Assembly: GCA_041691135.1 (NCBI GenBank)
Contig: JBEPVF010000003.1
Coordinates: forward strand, 32,001-96,000
Length of the DNA: 64,000 bases
Direction: 5' to 3'
DNA from: Candidatus Peribacteria bacterium
GTDB lineage: Bacteria; Patescibacteriota; Gracilibacteria; Peribacterales; Peribacteraceae
In this document: in pieces, positions 39,493 through 47,866 of the stretch
How the letters are laid out: every line of letters begins with the position of its first letter
Position numbering within the stretch: position 1 is the stretch's first letter
Program-made: the position numbers and the translations under genes
Notes under the pieces: model-generated
Told to the model about the DNA's origin: nothing
The model's input: only the letters and a program-made list of their open reading frames with translations
Databases searched by the model: none

Positions 39493-39627
39493 TCATTCGA
39501 CTGTTTCGGTCGGAGCCGGTTCTGGCGCCGACTCCACGGCGGAGAAATACATGATGCCGCCGATGACTGAGGCCCCTAGTACGATGAGGCCTACAACAAT
39601 CAGCAAAATTTTTTTCCAGGAGAGCAT
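39493..39627 (-). CDS. small single-TM protein (44 aa; not in the ORF track)
   Basis: Hand translation MLSWKKILLIVVGLIVLGASVIGGIMYFSAVESAPEPAPTETVE*; GGAGG Shine-Dalgarno upstream, terminator downstream. Confidence 0.75.
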   Translation of the reverse strand: MLSWKKILLIVVGLIVLGASVIGGIMYFSAVESAPEPAPTETVE

Positions 39628-39674
39628 CCGCGTTTCCTCCGAAGATCATTTTGAGACCGACGTGATAACTACGC

Positions 39675-39718
39675 AACTGCAGCACTCTAGATACACCTAT
39701 ATCCAGAGCGCCGCAGTC
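39675..39718 (-). promoter_or_regulatory. 20-bp 5'-leader RNA hairpin, copy 2
   Basis: gactgcggcgctctggatat-aggt-gtatctagagtgctgcagtt; fully paired with 5 G-U on the minus strand. Confidence 0.75.
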
Positions 39719-39822
39719 CGATGAGCTCACCTGTCTATCCTGTCAATGAACGCTTGAAACTATGTGTCTCAAGAACGCTTATTATAGAATACTATTCAAC
39801 AAAGACAATAATTGATGTGCCT

Positions 39823-40860
39823 TCACAACTCGATTCCCAGTTCTGCACCCACCTCTTTAATTGCTTCTGTAACGTGATGCAAAACAGTCGCGCCGTCTGC
39901 GTTATTGTCGAAGTCGCCTTGTATGCGCCATTTGCCCTGTTCGATATATACCTGCACTCCCATGCTCGCTACCTCACTGCGTTGTAGCCGTCTGCCGATT
40001 TGCGAGAGTACGGCAAAGCGGGCAACAGGATCGGTATGGAACTGCGCTGGATGAACAGGCACACCGTATCTCTGTGCCAGCTGCGTATGTAGAGGGATAT
40101 CTTCCTGCAGGTATTGCGTTATAAAGCCCGGTGCATCGGCTCCCGAATATTTTACTTTTCGCTCCAACGTCACCGGTTCTTTTTCTTGCTCGAACAATGC
40201 TGTCATCTGCTGACGTTGCGGGAGGGTAATCGACGCGAGTTCAGCATCGTAGAGCGGATCGACCTCATTGTGTACCCACCATTCATAGGCAGCCACAATG
40301 TCTTTCTCTGGAACCTTCAGCTGCGCAGCGCGCTCGGAAAAGTCCGCTTGGACGAATGTCGGCCTATGGAGCAGGAACTGAGTGCTGGGATAGGAGAGCC
40401 GTTCTTTGCCCTGGGAAAAAAGAACATGCGCAGCGCTTGCGGCCACGGATGTCGCCAGCGTTTCGATTCCTTCGCTACCGGCTATGCGATTCATATACTG
40501 CGAAAACATGCGCTGAACAGACACTCCGCCCCCGCGTGAATTTATGAGTACGGTTATATCAAATCTTTTTTCCAGCAGCACCCGCAGTAAAGGTGCGGGA
40601 ATTCGTTGGTGTGATGCTTGGACACAGTTTTCTACTGTCGCCTGGATGTTTGGTTCCAGATACTGCAGTCGGTCGATTTCAGCTTGAGGAAAGTTGAATC
40701 CACACACTGGCAGGGCAGCACCAAAAGATTTGTAGGCATTGTCTCGATATCTATGAATGGCAACTTCAGCCGTATTCAAAGCAGTTGCATCGAGCTTGGA
40801 ATTAATGCACCAGAACATCCTTCCTTCAGCATCTGGGGACCGGAGTGCAATAGCAGACAT
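39823..40860 (-). CDS. divergent ClpP/S14-like serine peptidase-domain protein
   Basis: INSRGG.V, AASAA (Ser), R...PSTQFLLHRP (His), with long N- and C-terminal extensions. Confidence 0.7.
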   Translation of the reverse strand: MSAIALRSPDAEGRMFWCINSKLDATALNTAEVAIHRYRDNAYKSFGAALPVCGFNFPQAEIDRLQYLEPNIQATVENCVQASHQRIPAPLLRVLLEKRFDITVLINSRGGGVSVQRMFSQYMNRIAGSEGIETLATSVAASAAHVLFSQGKERLSYPSTQFLLHRPTFVQADFSERAAQLKVPEKDIVAAYEWWVHNEVDPLYDAELASITLPQRQQMTALFEQEKEPVTLERKVKYSGADAPGFITQYLQEDIPLHTQLAQRYGVPVHPAQFHTDPVARFAVLSQIGRRLQRSEVASMGVQVYIEQGKWRIQGDFDNNADGATVLHHVTEAIKEVGAELGIEL

Positions 40861-40949
40861 AATAAAATTAATTTAAAACATTATAGTAATTTAGTCAATA
40901 ATCTTCATTTCATGACGATACATTTACGACTGCATTTTATGCTGACACT

Positions 40950-40986
40950 AAAACCGGAGGCTCGTCTTTCGACGAGCCCCCTGGTT
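40950..40986 (-). terminator. terminator hairpin downstream of the 390-aa gene
   Basis: ggctcgtc-tttc-gacgagcc core with flanking aacc/ggtt. Confidence 0.65.
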
Positions 40987-41016
40987 CTTTTCTACGGCTG
41001 GTTGCCCCCCAGGGGC

Positions 41017-42189
41017 TTAGGCGATGAGGCCCTGCCGCTTGAGGGCGGCCTCGGCGACGGCTGTGTGCCACACGGCGGTACCGGTTTTGCCCTGACGGAT
41101 CACGGTGTAACCCGTGCCGCCCGAGTTGGGGTAGTTAGCAGCGGATGGATCGACGATGGCGGGATTCCCGTTAACGTTGGTCACGACCACGCCGAATTCC
41201 TTGTGCCAAGGTTCGTCCATGTAGTGGACGCCACCCATGGCCGTCACCGCCCGAACGAAGATCCGGTTGGCGTCCCGGATCCGAACCCATTGCCCCTTGG
41301 TGAATGACGCTCCGCCGTTGTAGCCGATTTGGCGGAAGTGCTCTGTCAGACGGGGATCTTCCTTGATCTTGGCGTGCAAGACGTCGAAGTTGCCCTCGTC
41401 TTCTGTGAACAGCAATCCCGTCACTGTGGTGTCGGGGTAGTCAAACGGGACAGGGCTCATGATCCATCCTGCCTTGTCGATGATCATGCCGTCGAAGGCT
41501 CCGCCTCCGTGCACGATGTGCGAGGCAGGCATCGACACACCTGCGTCGATGCCTTCACGCAGGTCGAGGCAGGCCAGGATGCCTGCGTATTCCTCGACCA
41601 GCGCAGTGCTGACGGGGTCGCGAGGGTCGTTGGCGTCGCGGAGCTGGCCCACGAGGTCAGCCTGCGAGCTGAGACGATCGACGAGCTGCGCGAAGTTATT
41701 GTCTTTCGTTGGACGCGGCCGCGAGAAGATGCGATCAGCCTTGCGGCTGGAGAGCAAAATCTGTGCCGGAGTCAGATCACCGCCGTCACCAACGATTTGC
41801 AGGAACGTTTTCTGATGGCCCGCACGCTGGCGGGCCGGACGCCGGAGGACTTCGAAGGCGCAGTAGGCGAACTCGCCATCCGAGGCCTCCTGAATGAGAG
41901 CATCCATGCGCTCGATGCCGCGAATGACGGTCTCAACGCCAATGACTTTGCCATTCTTGACACCACCACCCAGCTTCATGCTGGAGTTGGCGTTGGCGTA
42001 GATATCGACCCTGCCCTCGTACACCGGTCGCGTCATGCAGCCGGTGAGCTCCGCCATCACGACAGTGTCGTTCTGGGGGAGCAGCTGAACGTCCGTGTAG
42101 CCGTCATCATCATCCATGATGCCTTCCTTGGCCTTGTCGAGCGGGGTCGTCCGCCAATCCTTGACGGGAACCAGATAGGACTTTCTCAA
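41017..42189 (-). CDS. hypothetical protein (390 aa)
   Basis: GGAGGTGA Shine-Dalgarno before a TTG start; GC-rich third positions; own terminator. Confidence 0.8.
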   Translation of the reverse strand: MRKSYLVPVKDWRTTPLDKAKEGIMDDDDGYTDVQLLPQNDTVVMAELTGCMTRPVYEGRVDIYANANSSMKLGGGVKNGKVIGVETVIRGIERMDALIQEASDGEFAYCAFEVLRRPARQRAGHQKTFLQIVGDGGDLTPAQILLSSRKADRIFSRPRPTKDNNFAQLVDRLSSQADLVGQLRDANDPRDPVSTALVEEYAGILACLDLREGIDAGVSMPASHIVHGGGAFDGMIIDKAGWIMSPVPFDYPDTTVTGLLFTEDEGNFDVLHAKIKEDPRLTEHFRQIGYNGGASFTKGQWVRIRDANRIFVRAVTAMGGVHYMDEPWHKEFGVVVTNVNGNPAIVDPSAANYPNSGGTGYTVIRQGKTGTAVWHTAVAEAALKRQGLIA

Positions 42190-42371
42190 GAGTCACCTCC
42201 ACTGAATCTGCGCTTCCGTTCAGGTAACTCTCTCCGCCACAGCTTTTTGGTTTAAAAAACCAGCCGATGGCGAAAAGAACTTTGTTATTTTCACATAAAA
42301 TGTTATAAATGTCAATATATGCCAATAAAATGCACATATTGGCTAAAATGAGTGTTTTAAGCATTCCACAG

Positions 42372-43133
42372 TTAGGCATCCATTCTTACCTCTTTAGTTC
42401 CTCGGTGTTCTATATCTCCGGCCAGAATAATGTAATCGCCGACAAATTTGACGATGATCTCTTTGCCCGTTGGCTGTGTAATCGTGAATGACGATTCGCT
42501 GCTCCTGTCGTTAAGTACTGCCGCCAGTGCAATGCTGCCCGAGCCGCACGATGTTTCGTGAATCAACGTATCGGTGTCGCGCACGTACACGTACGGGTCG
42601 ATCACTACCGTGTTGCCTTCTTCCCGTGCATAGATCACGCCGACGGCCGGCAGATGTTTGTAGTCTTTGATCAACTCCTGGGTCAGTTGTTCGTTCGGCT
42701 CGGCCCAGCATAGGATGTGCGTGATACCTTTGAGTTCCACGATGGAGCTATTTTCGTCTACATGATCAATGTTCTGTATCAATGACAATGGCAGGTGTAC
42801 AGAACTGTCTGTGGGAGAGGCGAAGGCAGGGATAAGTTCATCGATGCCTGAAGTCCGCAGCGTGATGCGATCTTTACCGATTTTGTTGGCCCAGTAGAAG
42901 GCAGTCGAGCGTGTGGCATTGCCGCAGAATTCTCCGCCCATCATCTGCAGCTGCACGTCTATCTCACCGGTCGGGTCAGTCTGCAGAAAACCCACTTGTT
43001 CGATCTCCGGATATTCCTTCATGATCGTACTCGCCACCTGCGCCCGGTCTTCGGATGCGATGGGTATTTCGACGAGCGCCGTGGTATTGCCGCCCGGCCA
43101 CAGTATCTGAAAGGGGATGGTCGATGGTGCCAT
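42372..43133 (-). CDS. PLP-independent amino-acid racemase/epimerase (DapF fold; histidine racemase CntK-like)
   Basis: PGGNTTALV, EQVGF, MMGGEFCGNAT, ETSCGSGS; both catalytic Cys present. Confidence 0.8.
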   Translation of the reverse strand: MAPSTIPFQILWPGGNTTALVEIPIASEDRAQVASTIMKEYPEIEQVGFLQTDPTGEIDVQLQMMGGEFCGNATRSTAFYWANKIGKDRITLRTSGIDELIPAFASPTDSSVHLPLSLIQNIDHVDENSSIVELKGITHILCWAEPNEQLTQELIKDYKHLPAVGVIYAREEGNTVVIDPYVYVRDTDTLIHETSCGSGSIALAAVLNDRSSESSFTITQPTGKEIIVKFVGDYIILAGDIEHRGTKEVRMDA

Positions 43134-43138
43134 AGTTG

Positions 43139-44761
43139 TTATAGAGATGCGCAGGGGGCAATCTTTTCGCGCAGGTTGGTATGGCGCGTGATGTCCTCCG
43201 CGGAAATGGTGAGGAGTTCTTTATTGCGTTCGGCTTCGGGATAAATGATGGAATACAGTTCGGGCATCATCGGATTCATCGCTTCTGTCAGCGAGATATT
43301 CTTCGATTCCTCGACGAACAGCTGCCACCAATTTTCTTTGCCGTAGAGCAACAGGTCGATGCCGGTTGCCGGCACGAGCTCGCCGGCGGCAGTCTCGAGG
43401 AATGCCACGTTCACGTCGCCGACAATCTCTTTGGTCTGGGCGCGGGCACAGACTTCGATACTGCGGTACTTGCCGCGATCCACCTGCATCTTGATGTAGG
43501 CATTCTTCATGAAGGTGAGGTAATTCACCTGACTAAAGCCGCCGAGGCATTTGAGACCGTAGTAGAAGCACAATACGGTGTACACAAGCATGCTGCTCGG
43601 GATCAATTCCTTGCTTAAAAGTCCCTCACGAATGGCTTCCGGTGTGATGTCGTACGAGTATTTGCCATCGTCGGTCACCAGTTTGTTGCCTATTTTCTTC
43701 AGGCCCATTCGGTACCGTTCGCCCTTGGGCAGTGCCCAGAACATGTACGTTCCCCAATTGTCGGCAACGGAGAATGTTCCGGTGATACCCTGGAAATACT
43801 CATTGATGAGCGGATCACACTCTGGATCGAACAGGAAGTGATTGATCGTTGTGTCTTCGTTGAGGTGAAATTCTAGGATCAGCTGCGACACGATGCTCTC
43901 GATTTCCAGATAAACAAGGTTCGGAACGCGCGTTGTTCCTTTGCTACTGCCCAGCAATTTTTTCCACAGCGTGTAATTCGTCTTCGTCACCTGGTCGCCG
44001 TAGGATTTGCAACTCAAGATGTCATCTTGCTCATAAATCTCTGCAAAAATGTCGTTGAATTTGTTGGCAGTCGCCTGATCCATGCAGCCGCTCTTGACCC
44101 TTTCGGCGATGCCTTTGTGTAAATTCTTTAGGTCGTTCTTGTCGTATGGCTTGAAGTTATAGACGGGGCACAATCTGTACTGAGCTGCAAAAAACGCAGT
44201 TGAGTTAAAATGTGTACTGCCATCATCGGCCTTACTGTGGAATACCACACCGCGCGGGAAGGATGAGTTGTTTTGCGAGACTGCCGCGCAGGCCAGAACA
44301 ATCACGTTATCGAGTGTTTCGTTGTATTCGCCGAATGGTGTTGCAATCAGCAGGTTGGAATTGATGAAAAACGGATGCGTGAGTGGACCATGATGGTCAG
44401 CTGTACTCACGAAGTAGTACTGACTCAATTGTTTGACGACGCTGGCCGCCACTTTGGGTCCAAGTAGGCGCGAGGTTTCCTTTTCTACAACAGATAACAG
44501 TTGCTCCTGTCGCAGGGCGATCGGCGGATTCAGGTTCACATCGATGTAATCTTTGGCGTAGTCGTAAAGCATCTTGTGGCCATGCTTCTCCAAGATTTCC
44601 TTGAGCACGGGCTTCTTGGCCAGTACCGCGTCTTTTAAGCCGGTGAACAGTTTATCAAACGCATTCTCACTGAGAGAACTGCCGGTAAGTTCCATACAGG
44701 AAACATGGCCGGTCGCGTCGGTAGTTCCTTCGCTGATAAGGCTAGAGGTGGCTGGTCCCAT
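43139..44761 (-). CDS. hypothetical protein (540 aa), putative enzyme co-transcribed with the racemase
   Basis: 5-nt gap to the racemase gene; STADHHGP and LIPS...LGGFSQVNYL motifs; start uncertain. Confidence 0.75.
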   Translation of the reverse strand: MGPATSSLISEGTTDATGHVSCMELTGSSLSENAFDKLFTGLKDAVLAKKPVLKEILEKHGHKMLYDYAKDYIDVNLNPPIALRQEQLLSVVEKETSRLLGPKVAASVVKQLSQYYFVSTADHHGPLTHPFFINSNLLIATPFGEYNETLDNVIVLACAAVSQNNSSFPRGVVFHSKADDGSTHFNSTAFFAAQYRLCPVYNFKPYDKNDLKNLHKGIAERVKSGCMDQATANKFNDIFAEIYEQDDILSCKSYGDQVTKTNYTLWKKLLGSSKGTTRVPNLVYLEIESIVSQLILEFHLNEDTTINHFLFDPECDPLINEYFQGITGTFSVADNWGTYMFWALPKGERYRMGLKKIGNKLVTDDGKYSYDITPEAIREGLLSKELIPSSMLVYTVLCFYYGLKCLGGFSQVNYLTFMKNAYIKMQVDRGKYRSIEVCARAQTKEIVGDVNVAFLETAAGELVPATGIDLLLYGKENWWQLFVEESKNISLTEAMNPMMPELYSIIYPEAERNKELLTISAEDITRHTNLREKIAPCASL

Positions 44762-45024
44762 TAGTGGAGAGGGGAATATGCAAAACGAACCGCCGTTCCA
44801 GATTCGGGGTGGAATCGGACGATTGCTTGAGCGGTTGTCTTCGAGGCAGGGGGTGTCCTCATAAAAATTGACAATCTAGTTTAGTGAAGGGCAAGCCGAA
44901 ATTCAATGGTTCCTTCAGGTTTTCTTTAATTGCCCAAGCGGGCAAGTTTTGGCGCTTAAACTGGTAAATGTCGCTTAACTTTTAGCGTGGGCTGGTTCGA
45001 TAGTTCCTGTTATAGTTCTGAACT

Positions 45025-45633
45025 ATGAAGCGACTTCTCCTATTTGCCACTGCGTTTACCCTCGTGGCTTGCCAGACTCAGACTGAGCCAGAAATTTCTG
45101 ACAAGATTACTTCTTCGGATGTGAGCAGCACCGTTTTGTCGGTTTCGTCCGCGAAGATGCAAACCTATACCAGTCAAAAAAATGGATTCACCTTCCACTA
45201 TCCAGCCGATTGGAAAGTGGCAGACGCGAGCGACGCTGAAGCAGGATTCAATATCATCGCGTGGGTCTACACGCCGAAAGCAGCGGTTGCGGTTGATACG
45301 TGCCAACGGATGCATAAGAAAGCTGAGTGGCGTATGGAGTGTGGTTCTGTTCAGGCAGACTCGGCGATTGGTGTCTATCGTTCTGACTTCATTCGCTATG
45401 ATTCTCTCAGCGAAACTGACAAACAGAATTATCCGGGCTATAAGAAACTGACTATGGGGGATGCAGATGTCTTTGCATACTCCGAAGCGACTAACGCGCT
45501 GACTCAGAATTTCCACATCAATAATCCATCCGGAAAGTCAGGTGTGACGGTTACGGTATTTGCGAAGGATGAGCAAAATTTGTCGGTGGCTCAGCAAATC
45601 CTTTCGACTTTTACGTTCACGACGAATAAGTAA
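45025..45633 (+). CDS. lipoprotein, PsbP-like
   Basis: Lipobox LVAC; TY.....GFTFHYPADW...QILSTFTF. Confidence 0.75.
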   Translation: MKRLLLFATAFTLVACQTQTEPEISDKITSSDVSSTVLSVSSAKMQTYTSQKNGFTFHYPADWKVADASDAEAGFNIIAWVYTPKAAVAVDTCQRMHKKAEWRMECGSVQADSAIGVYRSDFIRYDSLSETDKQNYPGYKKLTMGDADVFAYSEATNALTQNFHINNPSGKSGVTVTVFAKDEQNLSVAQQILSTFTFTTNK

Positions 45634-45645
45634 TAAGAGGTGGAT

Positions 45646-45933
45646 TTACTCCACGCCCAGTACTTTTCGTATTTTCCTCTCGTCCGGTTTTCGCCACGGA
45701 TGACACGTCAGCACTCTGAGGAATGCCATGATGCTTCCACGCACGAATCCCTTCCGTTCCAACTGCAGTTTCGCGTATGCCGAACACGTCGGTTCGTGGC
45801 GACAGTAGCCGTACGGATGCAGGTGGCGCAGAGGACCATGGTCCGGCGAGAGTGTGTGTTGGTACAGCGTGACGAGTGTCATCGATGCGTTCCTCGGTAG
45901 ATGCCAGAGTTGTAGCAAGAACCTTTTTGGCAT
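45646..45933 (-). CDS. yidD: membrane protein insertion efficiency factor
   Basis: YQ..LSP, CRHEPTCSAY, RVLTCHPW. Confidence 0.88.
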   Translation of the reverse strand: MPKRFLLQLWHLPRNASMTLVTLYQHTLSPDHGPLRHLHPYGYCRHEPTCSAYAKLQLERKGFVRGSIMAFLRVLTCHPWRKPDERKIRKVLGVE

Positions 45934-46007
45934 ACTTTGCATGTCAGTACATTGAAGAATTCCGTCTTAGACTGTAGATTCATCGTACTCTTTTTCCTCT
46001 GCGACGT

Positions 46008-46265
46008 ATGCCATTCACCTACGAACAAGCGCTCATGTTCCTCTACATGCTCGTTGCCGTGATGCTGATTATTGTCCTCTACCATGCCCTCTTCATTGTG
46101 GTCGATCTGCGAAAAATCATGCGGCGCGCGCAGAACGTGACGACTGAGGTCGAGAAGGTGATCCTGCGGCCGCTGTCGATGGCCGATCAGATTATGGATT
46201 TCGTGATGGACCTGATCAATCAGAAGAAGCATGCCCATAAGAAGAAATTGCCTTCCGATGAATAA
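46008..46265 (+). CDS. small membrane protein
   Basis: N-terminal TM helix followed by an amphipathic helix. Confidence 0.7.
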   Translation: MPFTYEQALMFLYMLVAVMLIIVLYHALFIVVDLRKIMRRAQNVTTEVEKVILRPLSMADQIMDFVMDLINQKKHAHKKKLPSDE

Positions 46266-46270
46266 TCGCC

Positions 46271-46561
46271 ATGGCGACCAAGAAAGTACCGGCACCGAAG
46301 AAGCCAGATCTTGATGCGCTCAAAAAAATTCAGATCGGTCTGGAGGAGCTGCCGGATCAGTTTCAGAATGCATTCAGCCCGTGGCGTCAGCTTTTCTTCA
46401 ATTATCTTAAAGGCATTGCCGGAGGTCTCGGTGCCATCACGGCACTGGCCATCGTCATCCCGCTCATGCTCTGGCTCCTGCGCAGTTTTCAGTGGGTTCC
46501 GCTGGCCGGCAAAGTGGTCACGGAGATTGTGAATCAGGTGGAAGATGCGAGAAAAAGGTGA
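46271..46561 (+). CDS. small membrane protein (DUF5665-like)
   Basis: FFNYLKGIAGGLG...VPLAG pattern. Confidence 0.7.
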   Translation: MATKKVPAPKKPDLDALKKIQIGLEELPDQFQNAFSPWRQLFFNYLKGIAGGLGAITALAIVIPLMLWLLRSFQWVPLAGKVVTEIVNQVEDARKR

Positions 46562-46680
46562 CCGAAGAAGCAGAGGTGACCGAGGTTGCAGAGGATTAGG
46601 AAAATGAGGAGAATATTTCATTATCCTCTTAACTCTTTTTCATGGGTTACCTCTGCCACCTCGGTCACATCGGTCACCTT
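46555..46680. repeat. MITE/REP-like element with 9-nt-periodic inverted arms
   Basis: aaggtgaccga...tcggtcacatcggtcacctt; second copy at 49344-49466. Confidence 0.8.
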
Positions 46681-46681
46681 T

Positions 46682-47191
46682 TTATAGCACTGGTTGTTTA
46701 TCAATAAACACCCGCACGAATATTCTCTTCAGCACATCGTATGATGCTTCCAGAATGCTTGCTAGGAGTGAGTTGAGACGACGGATACGGGCGTAGATGT
46801 TATTCAGTTGATGGGCCGCGCCTGGTTTGTTGCTCGTGTGAGCCAGAGCTTTGGCCTGTTTGGAAAGAACTTCGACCTCCTGCTTAATATGGGTCTGGAT
46901 TTGCTTCTGCAGAACAAGCGGATCGGTCGCTACCGCCGCAATAGCCAGATCGCGTGCAGATTGTCCTTTGGTCGCGGCAGCACCCTTGGTTCCCGTACCG
47001 GAGCCGGCGCCACCAAGGTCGCCCGAACGGTCTTCGCCGGACTGCTCACTCACTTTGTTGGAAAAGCTCTCGAACGTCATCAGTAAATCATTCAACTCCC
47101 GCATCTTGGCCGGCTGCGTCACGATCAACTTGCTCGTCTCGACGGAGGTGCTGAGAGCCAGGTCTGTTTCTGGAGAGGACGAGGTAGACAT
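46682..47191 (-). CDS. hypothetical protein
   Basis: 169-aa ORF with a TTGACT-type promoter upstream. Confidence 0.7.
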   Translation of the reverse strand: MSTSSSPETDLALSTSVETSKLIVTQPAKMRELNDLLMTFESFSNKVSEQSGEDRSGDLGGAGSGTGTKGAAATKGQSARDLAIAAVATDPLVLQKQIQTHIKQEVEVLSKQAKALAHTSNKPGAAHQLNNIYARIRRLNSLLASILEASYDVLKRIFVRVFIDKQPVL

Positions 47192-47400
47192 GTGTGAGAG
47201 TTATTGTTGTTTTTTCTGTGCGAAAGTCAATGAATCAGCACTTGTTTATCCGGCAGGCTCACATCCTTTCATCAGCTGAATCCATATGATTATATGTGAT
47301 GGATTCCTTCTATTATAGCACAAAGAAGCCGTACGAACCATATCGCGATCGGCCACGCCGGGCGATTGCCGCCGTGTTCTGCTGCTCGTATGATCGTCAC

Positions 47401-47727
47401 ATGTCCGAACCGACCATCTTCCATAAAATCCGCGACAAGCAGATTCCGGCCGATATCGTGTACGAAGACGATGTCGTGCTTGCGTTCCGGGACATCCATC
47501 CCAAAGCACCGACACACCTGCTCTTCATTCCCAAAACATTCGTCGCATCCATTGCCGAATGCCATGGTGAGCATGCAGACATTCCCGGCCTCCTTATAGA
47601 AACAGCGCGCAAGTTCGCCGAAGAGAAGGGGATTGAGGGCTACAAATTAACGTTCCATGTCGGACCCAAAGGCGGACAAGAGGTGATGTACGTGCATTTG
47701 CACTTTCTGAGCGATCAGACCCTGTGA
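47401..47727 (+). CDS. HIT family protein (HinT-like)
   Basis: TIFHKI, AFRDIHPKAPTH, GQEVMYVHLHF (first His of the triad replaced by Tyr). Confidence 0.9.
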   Translation: MSEPTIFHKIRDKQIPADIVYEDDVVLAFRDIHPKAPTHLLFIPKTFVASIAECHGEHADIPGLLIETARKFAEEKGIEGYKLTFHVGPKGGQEVMYVHLHFLSDQTL

Positions 47728-47866
47728 GGATTTGGAAGATCTGGAGAGATTTCCGAAGAAACCGATGGCGCCGATGGCGCCGATGAAGCCAATGATACTT
47801 TCATGTAAAAAAGAAACCGAGGATTGTCCTCGGTTTCTTCGGAGTTATCGGCGCCGTCGGAGTCCT

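Noticed and set aside
28100-42200. Integron or prophage explanation for the accessory region
   Set aside because: No integrase, recognisable attC sites, transposase or phage structural genes; gene orientations are mixed
41329-42255. 308-aa plus-strand ORF
   Set aside because: Shadow of the minus-strand 390-aa gene, which has the Shine-Dalgarno and terminator
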